Source: Heteronotia binoei | Lineage: Eukaryota | Length of the DNA stretch: 64,000 bases | Assembly (NCBI RefSeq): GCF_032191835.1 | Contig: NC_083223.1 | Coordinates: forward strand, 221,154,001 to 221,218,000 | Direction of reading: 5' to 3' | Shown: in pieces, positions 51,209 through 62,522 of the stretch | Layout: each line of letters starts with the position of its first letter | Position numbering within the stretch: position 1 is the first letter of the stretch | Notes under the pieces: model-generated | Databases searched by the model: none | What the model was told of the DNA's origin: nothing | Seen by the model: only the letters and a program-made list of their open reading frames with translations | Position numbers and translations under genes: made by a program

Positions 51209-52829
51209 GATGTTCCACCAGGCTTTTGATTGAGAACAGCGATGGTTTCCATCTGACACCCTCCTCTACTATTTACACCTATCTTGCCCTCCTACCCACA
51301 GCCCGTGAATGTGGCCAGCAATTGGAACTGGGATCACTTATTATTTGCCATCTGACTGTTAAAATATCCTATTAATGGTCTTAACTGTTTTTTATCTTAT
51401 TGTTTTACATATTCTGTACATCCCTTCAGTAGTAGGGATTGGGTAATAATACTGCCTGCTGGTAAATCCTTTAGTCTAAGCAGTTTTTTCACTGCCTGAA
51501 GACTGTGCTAGTTCTACTGATCCTGATTCCTCCTGGCAATATGATCTTATTCCAAGACTCTTCTCTGGACCATCTTGAGGACTCCTAACTTCTGGCGGGA
51601 CCCACTTCTGCCACACTCTATGGACTCATTGGCTGTCTCTGATTCTCTGGCTACCTAATCCTTGGCTTGACTTTTGATTCTTCCATCCTGCCTGATGCAA
51701 CTATTCCCAAGCTTTTTTTTTTTAAGCCACAACCACATATTTATTTATGTATTTATCCTCTGTCTTTTTTTCCAGTGGAGCAACACTTTAAAACTGGTCT
51801 AGGGAGAGGGGTGGGATGGCCATGGTGACATCAGCTAACAAATGCTATACACAACAGCTGGTTTGTCTTGCAAATCTGCAGAACATTTTTTCCTTTGAGC
51901 TTGGCCAGAGGAGGAAAGTTATGTATGAACTCAGTGTGATGAAGCCGCTTCCCAACCGGCTGCAGTGCTTTACAAACATTATGTTTGTCTTCGCCCAAGA
52001 AGTTAAATCTCAGGGATGGGCAAAAAGGCAGATGGATCTAGTACAAATCCTTACAGATGAGCATTAAGGTGCCATCTAGTGTAAAGCCTGCTATATAATG
52101 CAGGTAGTTAGATTCATTTTGAACAGGGAACTGCCCTATAAACATATCACACAGAAGGCTAAACCCAGCTTTCAGAGATGTGTAATAGTGAGGGGAGAGG
52201 CAGAAAATGATCCTATGAGCAAGAATAGAGGTATTTCAAGTACACATATATTTCAAGGCTGTCCCTATTTTCATCTGTTAAAACCCTATTTTCATCTGTA
52301 AACTGTCAGCAATATGCTATTCTTCAGAGTACTATTTTGTGATGCAATTCAACCCCTTTCACAAATTGTCAGCCTCCACAACAAAGATAGTGTTATCTTA
52401 CAACAAGAATTTTACCATCACAGACAGTACAATGTGTATTGGGCCAGTACAATCAAAATCCAGGGGGAAAATGTAATATGAATTGTGGAATATCTCTGTT
52501 TCTTAGACTTGAAAATATTATCTCTGTCTTCCCTAGGTCCTTTTCCACATATAGACTAAAATCTGATAGGTCTTAGGGTGGCCAGACCGTCCCGGTCTCC
52601 CGGGACATTCCCGGTTCTGGCCACCCAATCCCGGCTCCCGGGCTGCCTATACCGGGACCATTAAAGGTCCCGGTTTAGCCAGCCCCGGAGGCGGTGGGCC
52701 GCGAGCGCCGGGGAGGAAGGCGGCGAGTGAGGGAGGGAGCATCCCTGCGCCTGCGCAGGGCCCCTGCGCACGCGCAGGGACGCTCCCTCCCTCACTCGCC
52801 GCCTTCCCCGCCCGCGCGCGGGGCCGGCA

Positions 52830-53720
52830 GCGGTGGCGGAGGCCTCTCCGCGGCCTCCGCTGGTCGCTGGAAGCCCTCCAGAGTCTCTGGAGGGCCTCCA
52901 GGGACCAGCGGAGGCCGCGGGGACGCCGCGGAGCACCCGGTGCTGGTCCCGGAAGGCCTTCCAGAGCCTCTGGAAGGCCTTCCGGGACCAGCGCCGACCA
53001 GCGAAGGCCTCCCCGCGGCTTCCGCTGGTCCCTGGAGGCCCTCCAGAGTCTCTGGAGGGCCTCCAGGGACCAGTGGAGGCCGCGGGGACGCGGCGGAGCA
53101 CCCGGCGCTGGTCCCGGAAGGCCTTCCAGAGCCTCTGGAAGGCCTTCCGGGACCAGCGCCGACCAGCGAAGGCCTCCCCGCGGCCTCCGCTGGTCCCTGG
53201 AGGCCCTCCAGAGTCTCTGGAGGGCCTCCAGGGACCAGCGGAGGCCGCGGGGACGCCGCGGAGCACCCGGCGCTGGTCCCGGAAGGCCTTCCAGAGCCTC
53301 TGTAAGGCCTTCCGGGACCAGCGCCGACCAGCGAAAGCCTCCCCGCGGCCTCCGCTGGTCCCTGGAGGCCCTCCAGAGTCTCTGGAGGGCCTCCAGGGAC
53401 CAGCGGAGGCCGCGGGGACGCCGCGGAGCACCCGGCGCTGGTCCCGGAAGGCCTTCCAGAGCCTCTGGAAGGCCTTCCGGGACCAGCGCCGACCAGCGAA
53501 GGCCTCCCCGCGGCCTCCGCTGGTCCCTGGAGGCCCTCCAGAGTCTCTGGAGGGCCTCCAGGGACCAGCGGAGGCCGCGGGGGACGCCGCGGAGCACCCG
53601 GCGCTGGTCCCGGAAGGCCTTCCAGAGCCTCTGGAAGGCGTTCCGGGACCACCGCCGACCAGTGGAGGCCGCGGAGAGGCCGCAGAGCAGCCGGCGCTGG
53701 TCCCTGGAGGCCTCCAGAGG
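52830..53720. repeat. GC-rich 165-bp tandem array (~5 units), each unit two perfect palindromes
   Basis: GGAAGGCCTTCCAGAG recurs at 52951, 53116, 53281, 53446, 53612. Confidence 0.95.
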
Positions 53721-53838
53721 CCAGCGCCGGCAGCTCCCTCCCTCCCTCGCCGCGAGGCCGCCGCCGCAGGACTCGCCGCCGCCGCTGGACTCTCCGCTGC
53801 CCTGGAAGCAGGTAAGGGGGCCGAAAGCGGGGGGCGGG

Positions 53839-54203
53839 NNNNNNNNNNNNNNNNNNNNNNNNNNNNNNNNNNNNNNNNNNNNNNNNNNNNNNNNNNNNNN
53901 NNNNNNNNNNNNNNNNNNNNNNNNNNNNNNNNNNNNNNNNNNNNNNNNNNNNNNNNNNNNNNNNNNNNNNNNNNNNNNNNNNNNNNNNNNNNNNNNNNNN
54001 NNNNNNNNNNNNNNNNNNNNNNNNNNNNNNNNNNNNNNNNNNNNNNNNNNNNNNNNNNNNNNNNNNNNNNNNNNNNNNNNNNNNNNNNNNNNNNNNNNNN
54101 NNNNNNNNNNNNNNNNNNNNNNNNNNNNNNNNNNNNNNNNNNNNNNNNNNNNNNNNNNNNNNNNNNNNNNNNNNNNNNNNNNNNNNNNNNNNNNNNNNNN
54201 NNN
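53839..54203. other. Assembly gap (365 N) inside the composite hAT element
   Basis: Run of N. Confidence 1.
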
Positions 54204-55224
54204 CCTTATGTTCTTATGTGACACAGAGTGTTGGACTGGAGGGGCCACTGGCCTGATCCAACAGGGCTTCTCTTATGTTCTTATGTGACACAGAGTGTTG
54301 GACTGGAGGGGCCACTGGCCTGATGCAACAGGGCTTCTCTTATATTTTTATGTGACACAGAGTGTTGGACTGGAGGGGCCACTGGCCTGATCCAACAGGG
54401 CTTCTCTTATGTTCTTATGTGACACAGAGTGTTGGACTGGAGGGGCCACTGGCCTGATCCAACAGGGCTTCTCTTATGTTCTTATGTGACACAGAGTGTT
54501 GGACTGGAGGGGCCACTGGCCTGATGCAACAGGGCTTCTCTTATATTTTTATGTGACACAGAGTGTTGGACTGGAGGGGCCACTGGCCTGATCCAACAGG
54601 GCTTCTCTTATGTTCTTATGTGACACAGAGTGTTGGACTGGAGGGGCCACTGGCCTGATCTAACAGGGCTTGTCTTATGTTCTTATGTGACCAGAGTGGT
54701 GGAGTGGATGAGCCATTCGTCTGATGCAACAGGGCTTCTCTTATATTTTTATGTGGCACAGAGTGTTGGACTGGAGGGGCCACTGGCCTGATCCAACAGG
54801 GCTTCTCTTATGTTCTTATGTGACACAGAGTGTTGGACTGGAGGGGCCACTGGCCTGATCTAACAGGGCTTCTCTTATGTTCTTATGTGACCAGAGTGGT
54901 GGAGTGGATGAGCCATTGGTCTGATGCAACAGGGCTTCTCTTATATTTTTATGTGGCACAGAGTGTTGGACTGGAGGGGCCATTGGTCTGATGCAACAGG
55001 GCTTCTCTTATATTTTTATGTGGCACAGAGTGTTGGACTGGAGGGGCCACTGGCCTGATGCAACAGGGCTTCTCTTATATTCTTATGTTACACAGAGTGT
55101 TGGACTGGAGGGCCACTGGCCTGATGCAACAGGGCTTCTCTTATGTTCTTATGTGACGCAGAGTGTTGGACTGGATGGGCCACTGGCCTGATCCAACAGG
55201 GCTTCTCTTATGTTCTTATGTGAC
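54204..55224 (+). repeat. Tandem array of 15 x 66-67 bp units derived from the CR1 3' terminus
   Basis: Units start at 54218, 54285, 54352 ... 55153; unit GTGACACAGAGTGTTGGACTGGAGGGGCCACTGGCCTGATCCAACAGGGCTTCTCTTATGTTCTTAT aligns to the CR1 end at 33900-33966. Confidence 0.96.
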
Positions 55225-55352
55225 AATACTGACTTTGGTGGACCCAAGCACTGATTCAGTGTAAGGGAGCTTTGTGTTTGTGACTGGAGTAGATAATACT
55301 GACTTTGGTGGACCCAAGCACTGATTCAGTGTAAGGGAGCTTTGTGTTTGTG
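55225..55352. repeat. Exact 58-bp direct repeat, period 70 bp
   Basis: 55225-55282 identical to 55295-55352, separated by ACTGGAGTAGAT. Confidence 0.95.
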
Positions 55353-55362
55353 TCTTCTGGTG

Positions 55363-56270
55363 CAATTTTGTTCTCAGATCCTGTATTTACTTCATCAGTA
55401 TATGGGATAAGGCACTTTCTCAACTGTGCTGCATAATGCAGCCTATTTATTTTGTCCTGTTGGCTCTGTTGGCTCTGTCTGCGCCACCTTCATCACTTTC
55501 GGGGTGTGGATCCCCCAGTGGGGTGGTCTCGTGACTCCCTCCGCCGGCTGTTTCTGATAGCCCTGCGCCCCCTCTTTCATTTGATATGTGTCCCGTGCGG
55601 GTGCCACCCTCCCGCCGGGAGATGCCGCAAAATGAGCCCCCTTGAGGCTTATGGCAGCAGGGCTCGGGGGAAGCGAGCTAGACTGCTGTTCTTTTGAGGG
55701 GTTATAGAGTGTTTCGAGCCCGTCCCTGTGGCATCGGTCCCATCGTTGTGGGGCCCAGGGGGCCGGCGCAGCGGCACGCTGAAGCAGCCTGTCGGTCACT
55801 TCCGGGTTCCTGTCCTGCATCTCGACCTGTGTTATTAGTGACAGGCTGCTTCGGCGTGCCGCTGCGCCGGCCCCCTGGGCCCCACAACGATGGGACTGAT
55901 GCCACAGGGACGGGCTCGAAACACTCTATAACCCCTCAAAAGAACAGCAGTCTAGCTCGCTTCCCCCGAGCCCTGCCGCCATAAGTCTCAAGGGGGCTCA
56001 TTTTGCGGCATCTCCCGGCGGGAGGGTGGCACCCGCACGGGACACATATCAAATGAAAGAGGGGGCGCAGGGCTATCAGAAACAGCCAGCGGAGGGAGTC
56101 GGGAGAGCACCCCACTGGGGGATCCACACCCCGAAAGTGATGAAGGTGGCGCAGATAGAGCCAACAGAGCAAACAGGACAAAATAAATAGGCTGCATTAT
56201 GCAGCACAGTTGAGAAAGTGCCTTATCCCATATACTGATGAAGTATATACAGGATTTCAGAACAAAATTG
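55363..56270. repeat. 908-bp inverted repeat (~430-bp arms, 46-bp spacer)
   Basis: 55363-55793 is the reverse complement of 55840-56270 with only scattered mismatches. Confidence 0.96.
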
Positions 56271-57656
56271 TTTCCGGCGGTGATATTTGGGGGATTTTTG
56301 GGGATGTCACAGGAAGTGCTGTGAAGTCACTTCCTGTTCCCGGCAGTGGCATTTGGGGGAAATGATGTCATTTGGGGGAAATGATGTCACAGGAAGTGAT
56401 GTCACTTCCCATTTCCGGCAGGTGACGCGGGGAAATGATGTCACAGGAAGTGATGTCACTTCCTGTTTCCTGTGGTGGCATGCCATCACCGGAAGTGCCG
56501 TCACCGGAAGTGACGTCACTTCCTGTTTCCGACGGCGCGCGCACACCCCTACCTTCCCCCCCCCCCCAACGTGTCCCTGGCTGGCCTTCAGACATTATGG
56601 TCACCCTAATAGGTCTACTGGGACATTGTGTTGTACCTTGAACCCCTGAGTGGTCAGAACTTCCGCAATCACTTGGCCAAACCACAAAGGGTAAGAAATA
56701 CATACTCAGAGAACTACATTGTTAAAGTATTTCTGCTTCAAGGTGTTAGAGACAATCTGTCCGCCTCCCCTGGCCCCTCCAGGATATGCATTTGGTTCCT
56801 TCTGTTTCAGCTCATTTCATTATTTCACTCTTCTCAAAGGGATTTTTCCTAATTTCATACATTTGCTTCCATCTTAGGAAATATCTACATTAACCATTCT
56901 TTTTTTTTTTGCCAGATACAGAGAGAAATCTATGTTAATTAAATTCATAATATTTTATTGATTTGTTTCCTGCAACTTTTAACCCATGTTCATCAAAGCT
57001 GGTTATGTATACCCTTGTCTAATTTGCTGCTTCTACAGAGACAAACCTGCACTTACCCATACATACAATGTCCTCAGTCAGACAATGCAAACCACTGCAG
57101 TGCAGTCTGAATCACAAGGAGATAGAGCTCTAATCAATGTGCTAGAGCTGAGTTGGCAAAAACAACAGCATGCAAAGCACAATAATGCATTGCCAGCTCA
57201 TGCAAACAGGAGAAGATTGTTGTGATACAAACACAGCTTTTCCTTTGCCACTATATGCACAATAATGTGCGCAGTGACTGCACAGAATTTTCAGCAGAGA
57301 GCTTCAAGGGGCAAGTATAATAATAGCCCAAGGGTTGTTGAATTCATGAAAGAATGTAGAAGTCAGTTTTCAAACTGAAAATCAGTCTTTGCGCAGCAAG
57401 AAAATAATTACGAATGACAGTCCATTCAATTACTGGTAACAGTAAAACTATTTCTATATGCAGGTATCTATTTCAGAACACAACTGAAAGCCTAATGGCA
57501 TGGTATGACACATTACTAAACTTATCCAGGATAATAAACATTCTAAATACCTTCCAAACCAAGAGTTTACATGAAGGATTGTGTGGTGTTAATACTTATT
57601 ATATCAGATTTTTCTCAATGCAGAGATATGCAAGGTCTCCTAGCACTCTTTATCAA

Positions 57657-58148
57657 TAGGGTTGCCAATCCCCAGGTGGGGGCAGGGGATCCTCCAGTTT
57701 GGAGGCCCTTCCCACGCTTCAGGTTCATCAGAAAGTGTGGGGAGAGGAGGGAAATGTCTGCTGGACACTCCATTATTCCCTATGAAGCCTGATTCCCATA
57801 GGGTATAATGGAGAAGATCTGTGGGTATCTGGGGCTCTGGGGGGCTGTTTTTTGAGCGAGATGCACCAAATTTTCAACACAGCATCTGGTGCCTCTCCTC
57901 AAAACGATTGGAATGGGTGGGTCCAATTTTATGAGCCCCAAAAGAAGGTGCCCCTATCCTTCATTATTTCCAATTGGGAGAAGACATTTAAAAGGTGTGC
58001 AGTCCCTTTAAATGTGATGGCCACAACTCCCTTTGGAGTTCAACTGTGCTTGTCATGACCTTGCTCCTGGCTCCACCCCCTCCCCCAAGTCTCCTGGCTC
58101 CACCCCCAAAGTCCCCAGATATTTCTTGAATTGGACTTGGCAACCCTA
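57657..58148. mobile_element. hAT MITE, inverted copy of the 2802-3309 family
   Basis: TAGGGTTGCCAA termini; TSD TTTATCAA / TTCATCAA. Confidence 0.9.
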
Positions 58149-59698
58149 TTCATCAAACTGAATTAATTGTTCTGCTGGTATAACTTAACAGTTATCAGTA
58201 TAAAATTCTTGCTTGCTCGAACTAGCTCTTGACATGCCCTCTATAAAGCCACATATTTTTGATTACCCATTTGTGGTTCACTGCACAGAAGAAACACCCT
58301 TTCTGGCTATTTCCTTACAAATAGAAAGTATCATGGCTCAAAATAATATCTAATTATAGAAAATGATTGCGGGGTATAGTACACCACAAAAGGCCAATGA
58401 AAGAAACTCCTTGTTCATCTAAGAAGTTCTTGAGCTACCTCATCACCAGGCTGCAGATAACAGAAAAGCTGGATCTCATCCAATCTGGACACCTGCAGTG
58501 TCATTTTCCATGAACTTTAAAAGCCCACATGGTTTGTATTACAAATCTCTAATATGGAAATAACTCTCTATGAAAAAAATCGTGGGTGCCATTTCTTTTG
58601 AGAAAGGGCACCAGACAAAGAACAATCTAATAGCTGCTTAGAAAAGTTGCCATGGTTTGCTGTGGCATGGGCAATAACCTTACATCATACATGTTAAGTG
58701 GACTGAAGCAGGTCCATACAAGCAGTGGAGTACACTCAATGATAAATCAAGTCCTGTTTCTCCCTGCCAAGGTCACTTTACTTTTCTACTTGCCCCTTCT
58801 TTTCAGAGACTTCTGCGTCTCAGTTTATTATTTCCTGTAAACTGAAGAGGCTGTACCATTCTTCAAGTGAACCTTAATTAGTAAGCTCTGGGGAGGAGGG
58901 GCTTTACTTTTTGCAGTCAAAACCATCACTCCTTCCCCCCCCCACACACACACACAATCATTCCAATTGTTCAAATTCTATTATGAAAAGCAAAGGAAGC
59001 ATGCTCTCCCTTGGATATAATTTCATTGCTGGGCAGCAAATGGCAGTTGCTGGATGCTGTGTTTTCTAGTTACTTCCAATGATTAGAAGGTCTTTAATAT
59101 TCCTGGGAGTGTATCAGAGAGAAGTCAGGGGCTATTCTGCCCAAGATATTAAGGAACAACTGTCATTAAAGCTTGTCCCCTCAGTGGAACACAAATGATT
59201 CAGAAACAATACTTGAGGAAAGCATTTGAAATTTACTGCTGCAAGTTAATACTACATCTCACTTCTATCCAAATATAATGCATGTCATATAAGGAAGGTA
59301 GAAATGGCTGCAGGTTTAATACACATGATTTGTCACAAAACATTCTTGAATATTTAAAGAACACTGGTCTAAGAAAAATATCTCTATACCCAGATTACCT
59401 ACAAATCCCAATTTTAAAACGTATATATATATATATTTGGCATAAATAAAGGACTCCAGTAAAGCTATCAGAACAATGAAGATAACTGAAACAGCATTAA
59501 CTCAAAATATTGAGCTACAGACACAGACATATATGGAAATAACACTATGATTAGAAAAGAAATATATTCTCTCTTTCACAACAAGAAGGATCCACCATGT
59601 TCAATGTCCATCCCAATGAATGTGCATGCCTCACCAACAGCTAACAATATTGCAACTGCAAATTAACAGCATAATAGGTTTTAAAATCCCATTACCTA

Positions 59699-59836
<138 letters not shown>

Positions 59837-60309
59837 CTATACAAAAACAACAGAATATCTTTATAAGTTAGTGAGTCAGAACTAATTCACTTATTATAAC
59901 AAACTCACTATTTAGTGCCCTGTTCCAGCTACCAATATCATCACACTAACATTTGCCATTTCCTACAAAGACTTTTGAAATTATAGTGGAATTCATCTTT
60001 CCATCCACCTGCTTTTCATAAATCAAGACTACTTAAATAATGACAGCAAATGTAAAATGGTACAGTCCCTACTGTTTATGCTAGCTGAGGCTTTGCCTAT
60101 TAAGGTTTCTCATTCATGTCATCATCCTTGCTGAGGAGTTCTGCTTTCCTTACTTCATCATAGAGATCAAGTGGAATACAGAAATCCAGAAACCCACAGT
60201 GTACACCCAGGCAAGAAAGGAATATATTCTGGCTACACATCAAGGCGCGTTGGCACTGATGAGCAGCCCCAACCATTAGTAAACCAGAGGTATATATCTT
60301 TCTTGGACC

Positions 60310-60500
60310 CAGGACTTTTTTTTTGTAGCAGGAACTCCTTTGCATATTAGGCCACACATCCCTGATGTAGCCAATCCTCCAAGAGTTTACAGGGCTCTTA
60401 GTACAAGCCCTACTGTAAGCTGCAGGAGGATTGGCTACATCGGGGGGGGGGGGTGCAGCCTAATATGCAAAGGAGTTCCTGCTACAAAAAAAAAGCCTTG
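60310..60500. mobile_element. hAT MITE, near-palindromic, ATGCAAA-containing
   Basis: CAGGAC-T8-GTAGCAGGAACTCC...GGAGTTCCTGCTAC-A9-GCCTTG; flanks CTTGGACC / TTTGGACG. Confidence 0.75.
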
Positions 60501-60934
60501 TTTGGACGTATAGCTAATGTACCTACCAACATATAGCAGCAGTAAATGTGACACAGGACAAACTGGAACTGACAAGAACTGACCTGATGTACTGATTAAA
60601 ATCCCTCCCCATCTTTCTAGCTCTGGATTCAGGAAGCTTTCAAAAAGTCAAAAAAGCTAGGTTCTGATACCCAATCTAATTAAACTTTGATAGTGACACA
60701 ACTAACTCCCAGAATGTATAAACATCCTCTAAGGCCAAAAGGATTATCGGTACCAGGCCACAGCACCAGCAGAGTTCTGCAGACTCCTGGGATACAGAAC
60801 CAAAGATTCAACTATGGAGGCTAGTTTACCACAGCAATTAAAGTCACAGGTTTAGCAGGGGGCTGAGGCTCAATCCAGGCCTTAATTCAGTGACAATTTC
60901 CCCCCCTTTGAGGCTCAGTCATCTGCCTCATTCA

Positions 60935-61306
<372 letters not shown>

Positions 61307-62522
61307 CTAGTATTTAGACAGACACAACACAATTACTTCATTCAATCCATAGCTTAAGGGAAGTTTTGGTCTTTTGCTCTGCACTGGCATTTTTAGCATT
61401 CCAAATGCTCATGCATTCAGTGTGGAGAGGGAGTCATCTGAGCATTCCATTGTGGATGAAAACTGTCCCTGTGTAACATTCAGTTGAGCTATGGCTAGGG
61501 GGTGTGCCTATGAGACATTAGGGAGTGTGCCTACAACAGAATGCTCAGACAAAGGCACACCAAAATAAGATTCATTTAGGATAAAAGGGCTGGTTCACCC
61601 AGAATGAGAAGTGTTTTCTACATTAATACAAGAGATTAATGGCATACAAAGCATGGAAGGGAGAATCACATTTCCAAACAATTTGAGGACATATCCGCAG
61701 AAGCTGTGAATGGGCATGGCTCTATGGCCCATATCTACAGTATATTTGTAGATGCATAACTCTATTTACCACATGTACTTCCTATAAAGATCAGTGGTTA
61801 CATGTACCAAACATGCCACTGAAAATCATGCCTTGTTCCAATGACAACAAAAAATAGGGATGCGACTTGTGGATTCCCTGGAATTACACTCTATATCCAG
61901 ACTACAGAGATCTGTTTCTCTGGAAAAAATAGATGCTTTGGAGGGTGGACTCTACGGCATTGTATCCCAATGAGATCCTTGTCCTTCCCAGGCTCCATCC
62001 CAAAATCTCCAGGAGTTTACCAACCTGGAACTAGCAACCTTACCACCCATCTCCCACCAGTGGCTAAAGGGGACCTTGAAACCCTACAACAAACCCCACG
62101 ACTCATGAAATTAGGCTCTTAGTTTATTTGATCTATGGGGCTGTGGCTTTTGAGTATCCAAATGTAATCCCTAGGGCAAAATTAGATGTCATAAGGAAAG
62201 ACCCATTAATGGATCACCCGCAGAACTCCCAAAGAGTTTAGCAGCCAAACACAACCCATACTGTAGATGAAGGCTGTGAAACAGGAGTATAGGGTGGTGA
62301 GCCACTATCCCAACACCATTTTTCCTAATGTAAATCACCCCATCAGAACTGCTATTTGTTCCATGGATGAAAGGATACGAGTAATTTAAATTGAGAAAAA
62401 AGGATTTTTAAATATCTCCACTCTGGCATTGCTCAAAAAATGTACATGATATGAGGCTAATACTTTCTACCCCATATCAAGTATATTCCCAGTCACTGCA
62501 TTCCAATCTAAAAAGCATTCTT

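Larger units (their letters stand above)
52574..56608. mobile_element. Composite non-autonomous hAT-type (Blackjack-like termini) DNA transposon, spans a 365-N gap
   Basis: Termini TAGGGTGGCCAGACCGTC / TAGGGTGACCATAATGTC (14 of 18 match); perfect 8-bp TSD ATAGGTCT at 52566-52573 and 56609-56616; no transposase ORF seen. Confidence 0.85.

Noticed and set aside
52647-54288. Long ORFs (up to 533 aa) on both strands
   Set aside because: By-products of a stop-poor GC-rich 165-bp repeat plus read-through of Ns; repetitive peptides, no domain, no splice context.
54204-55352. CRISPR-like array
   Set aside because: Eukaryotic context, no unique spacers, units derive from the CR1 3' end.
52574-56608. 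Endogenous parvovirus or other hairpin-ended virus
   Set aside because: No Rep/NS1 or capsid ORF; ends and 8-bp TSD fit hAT.
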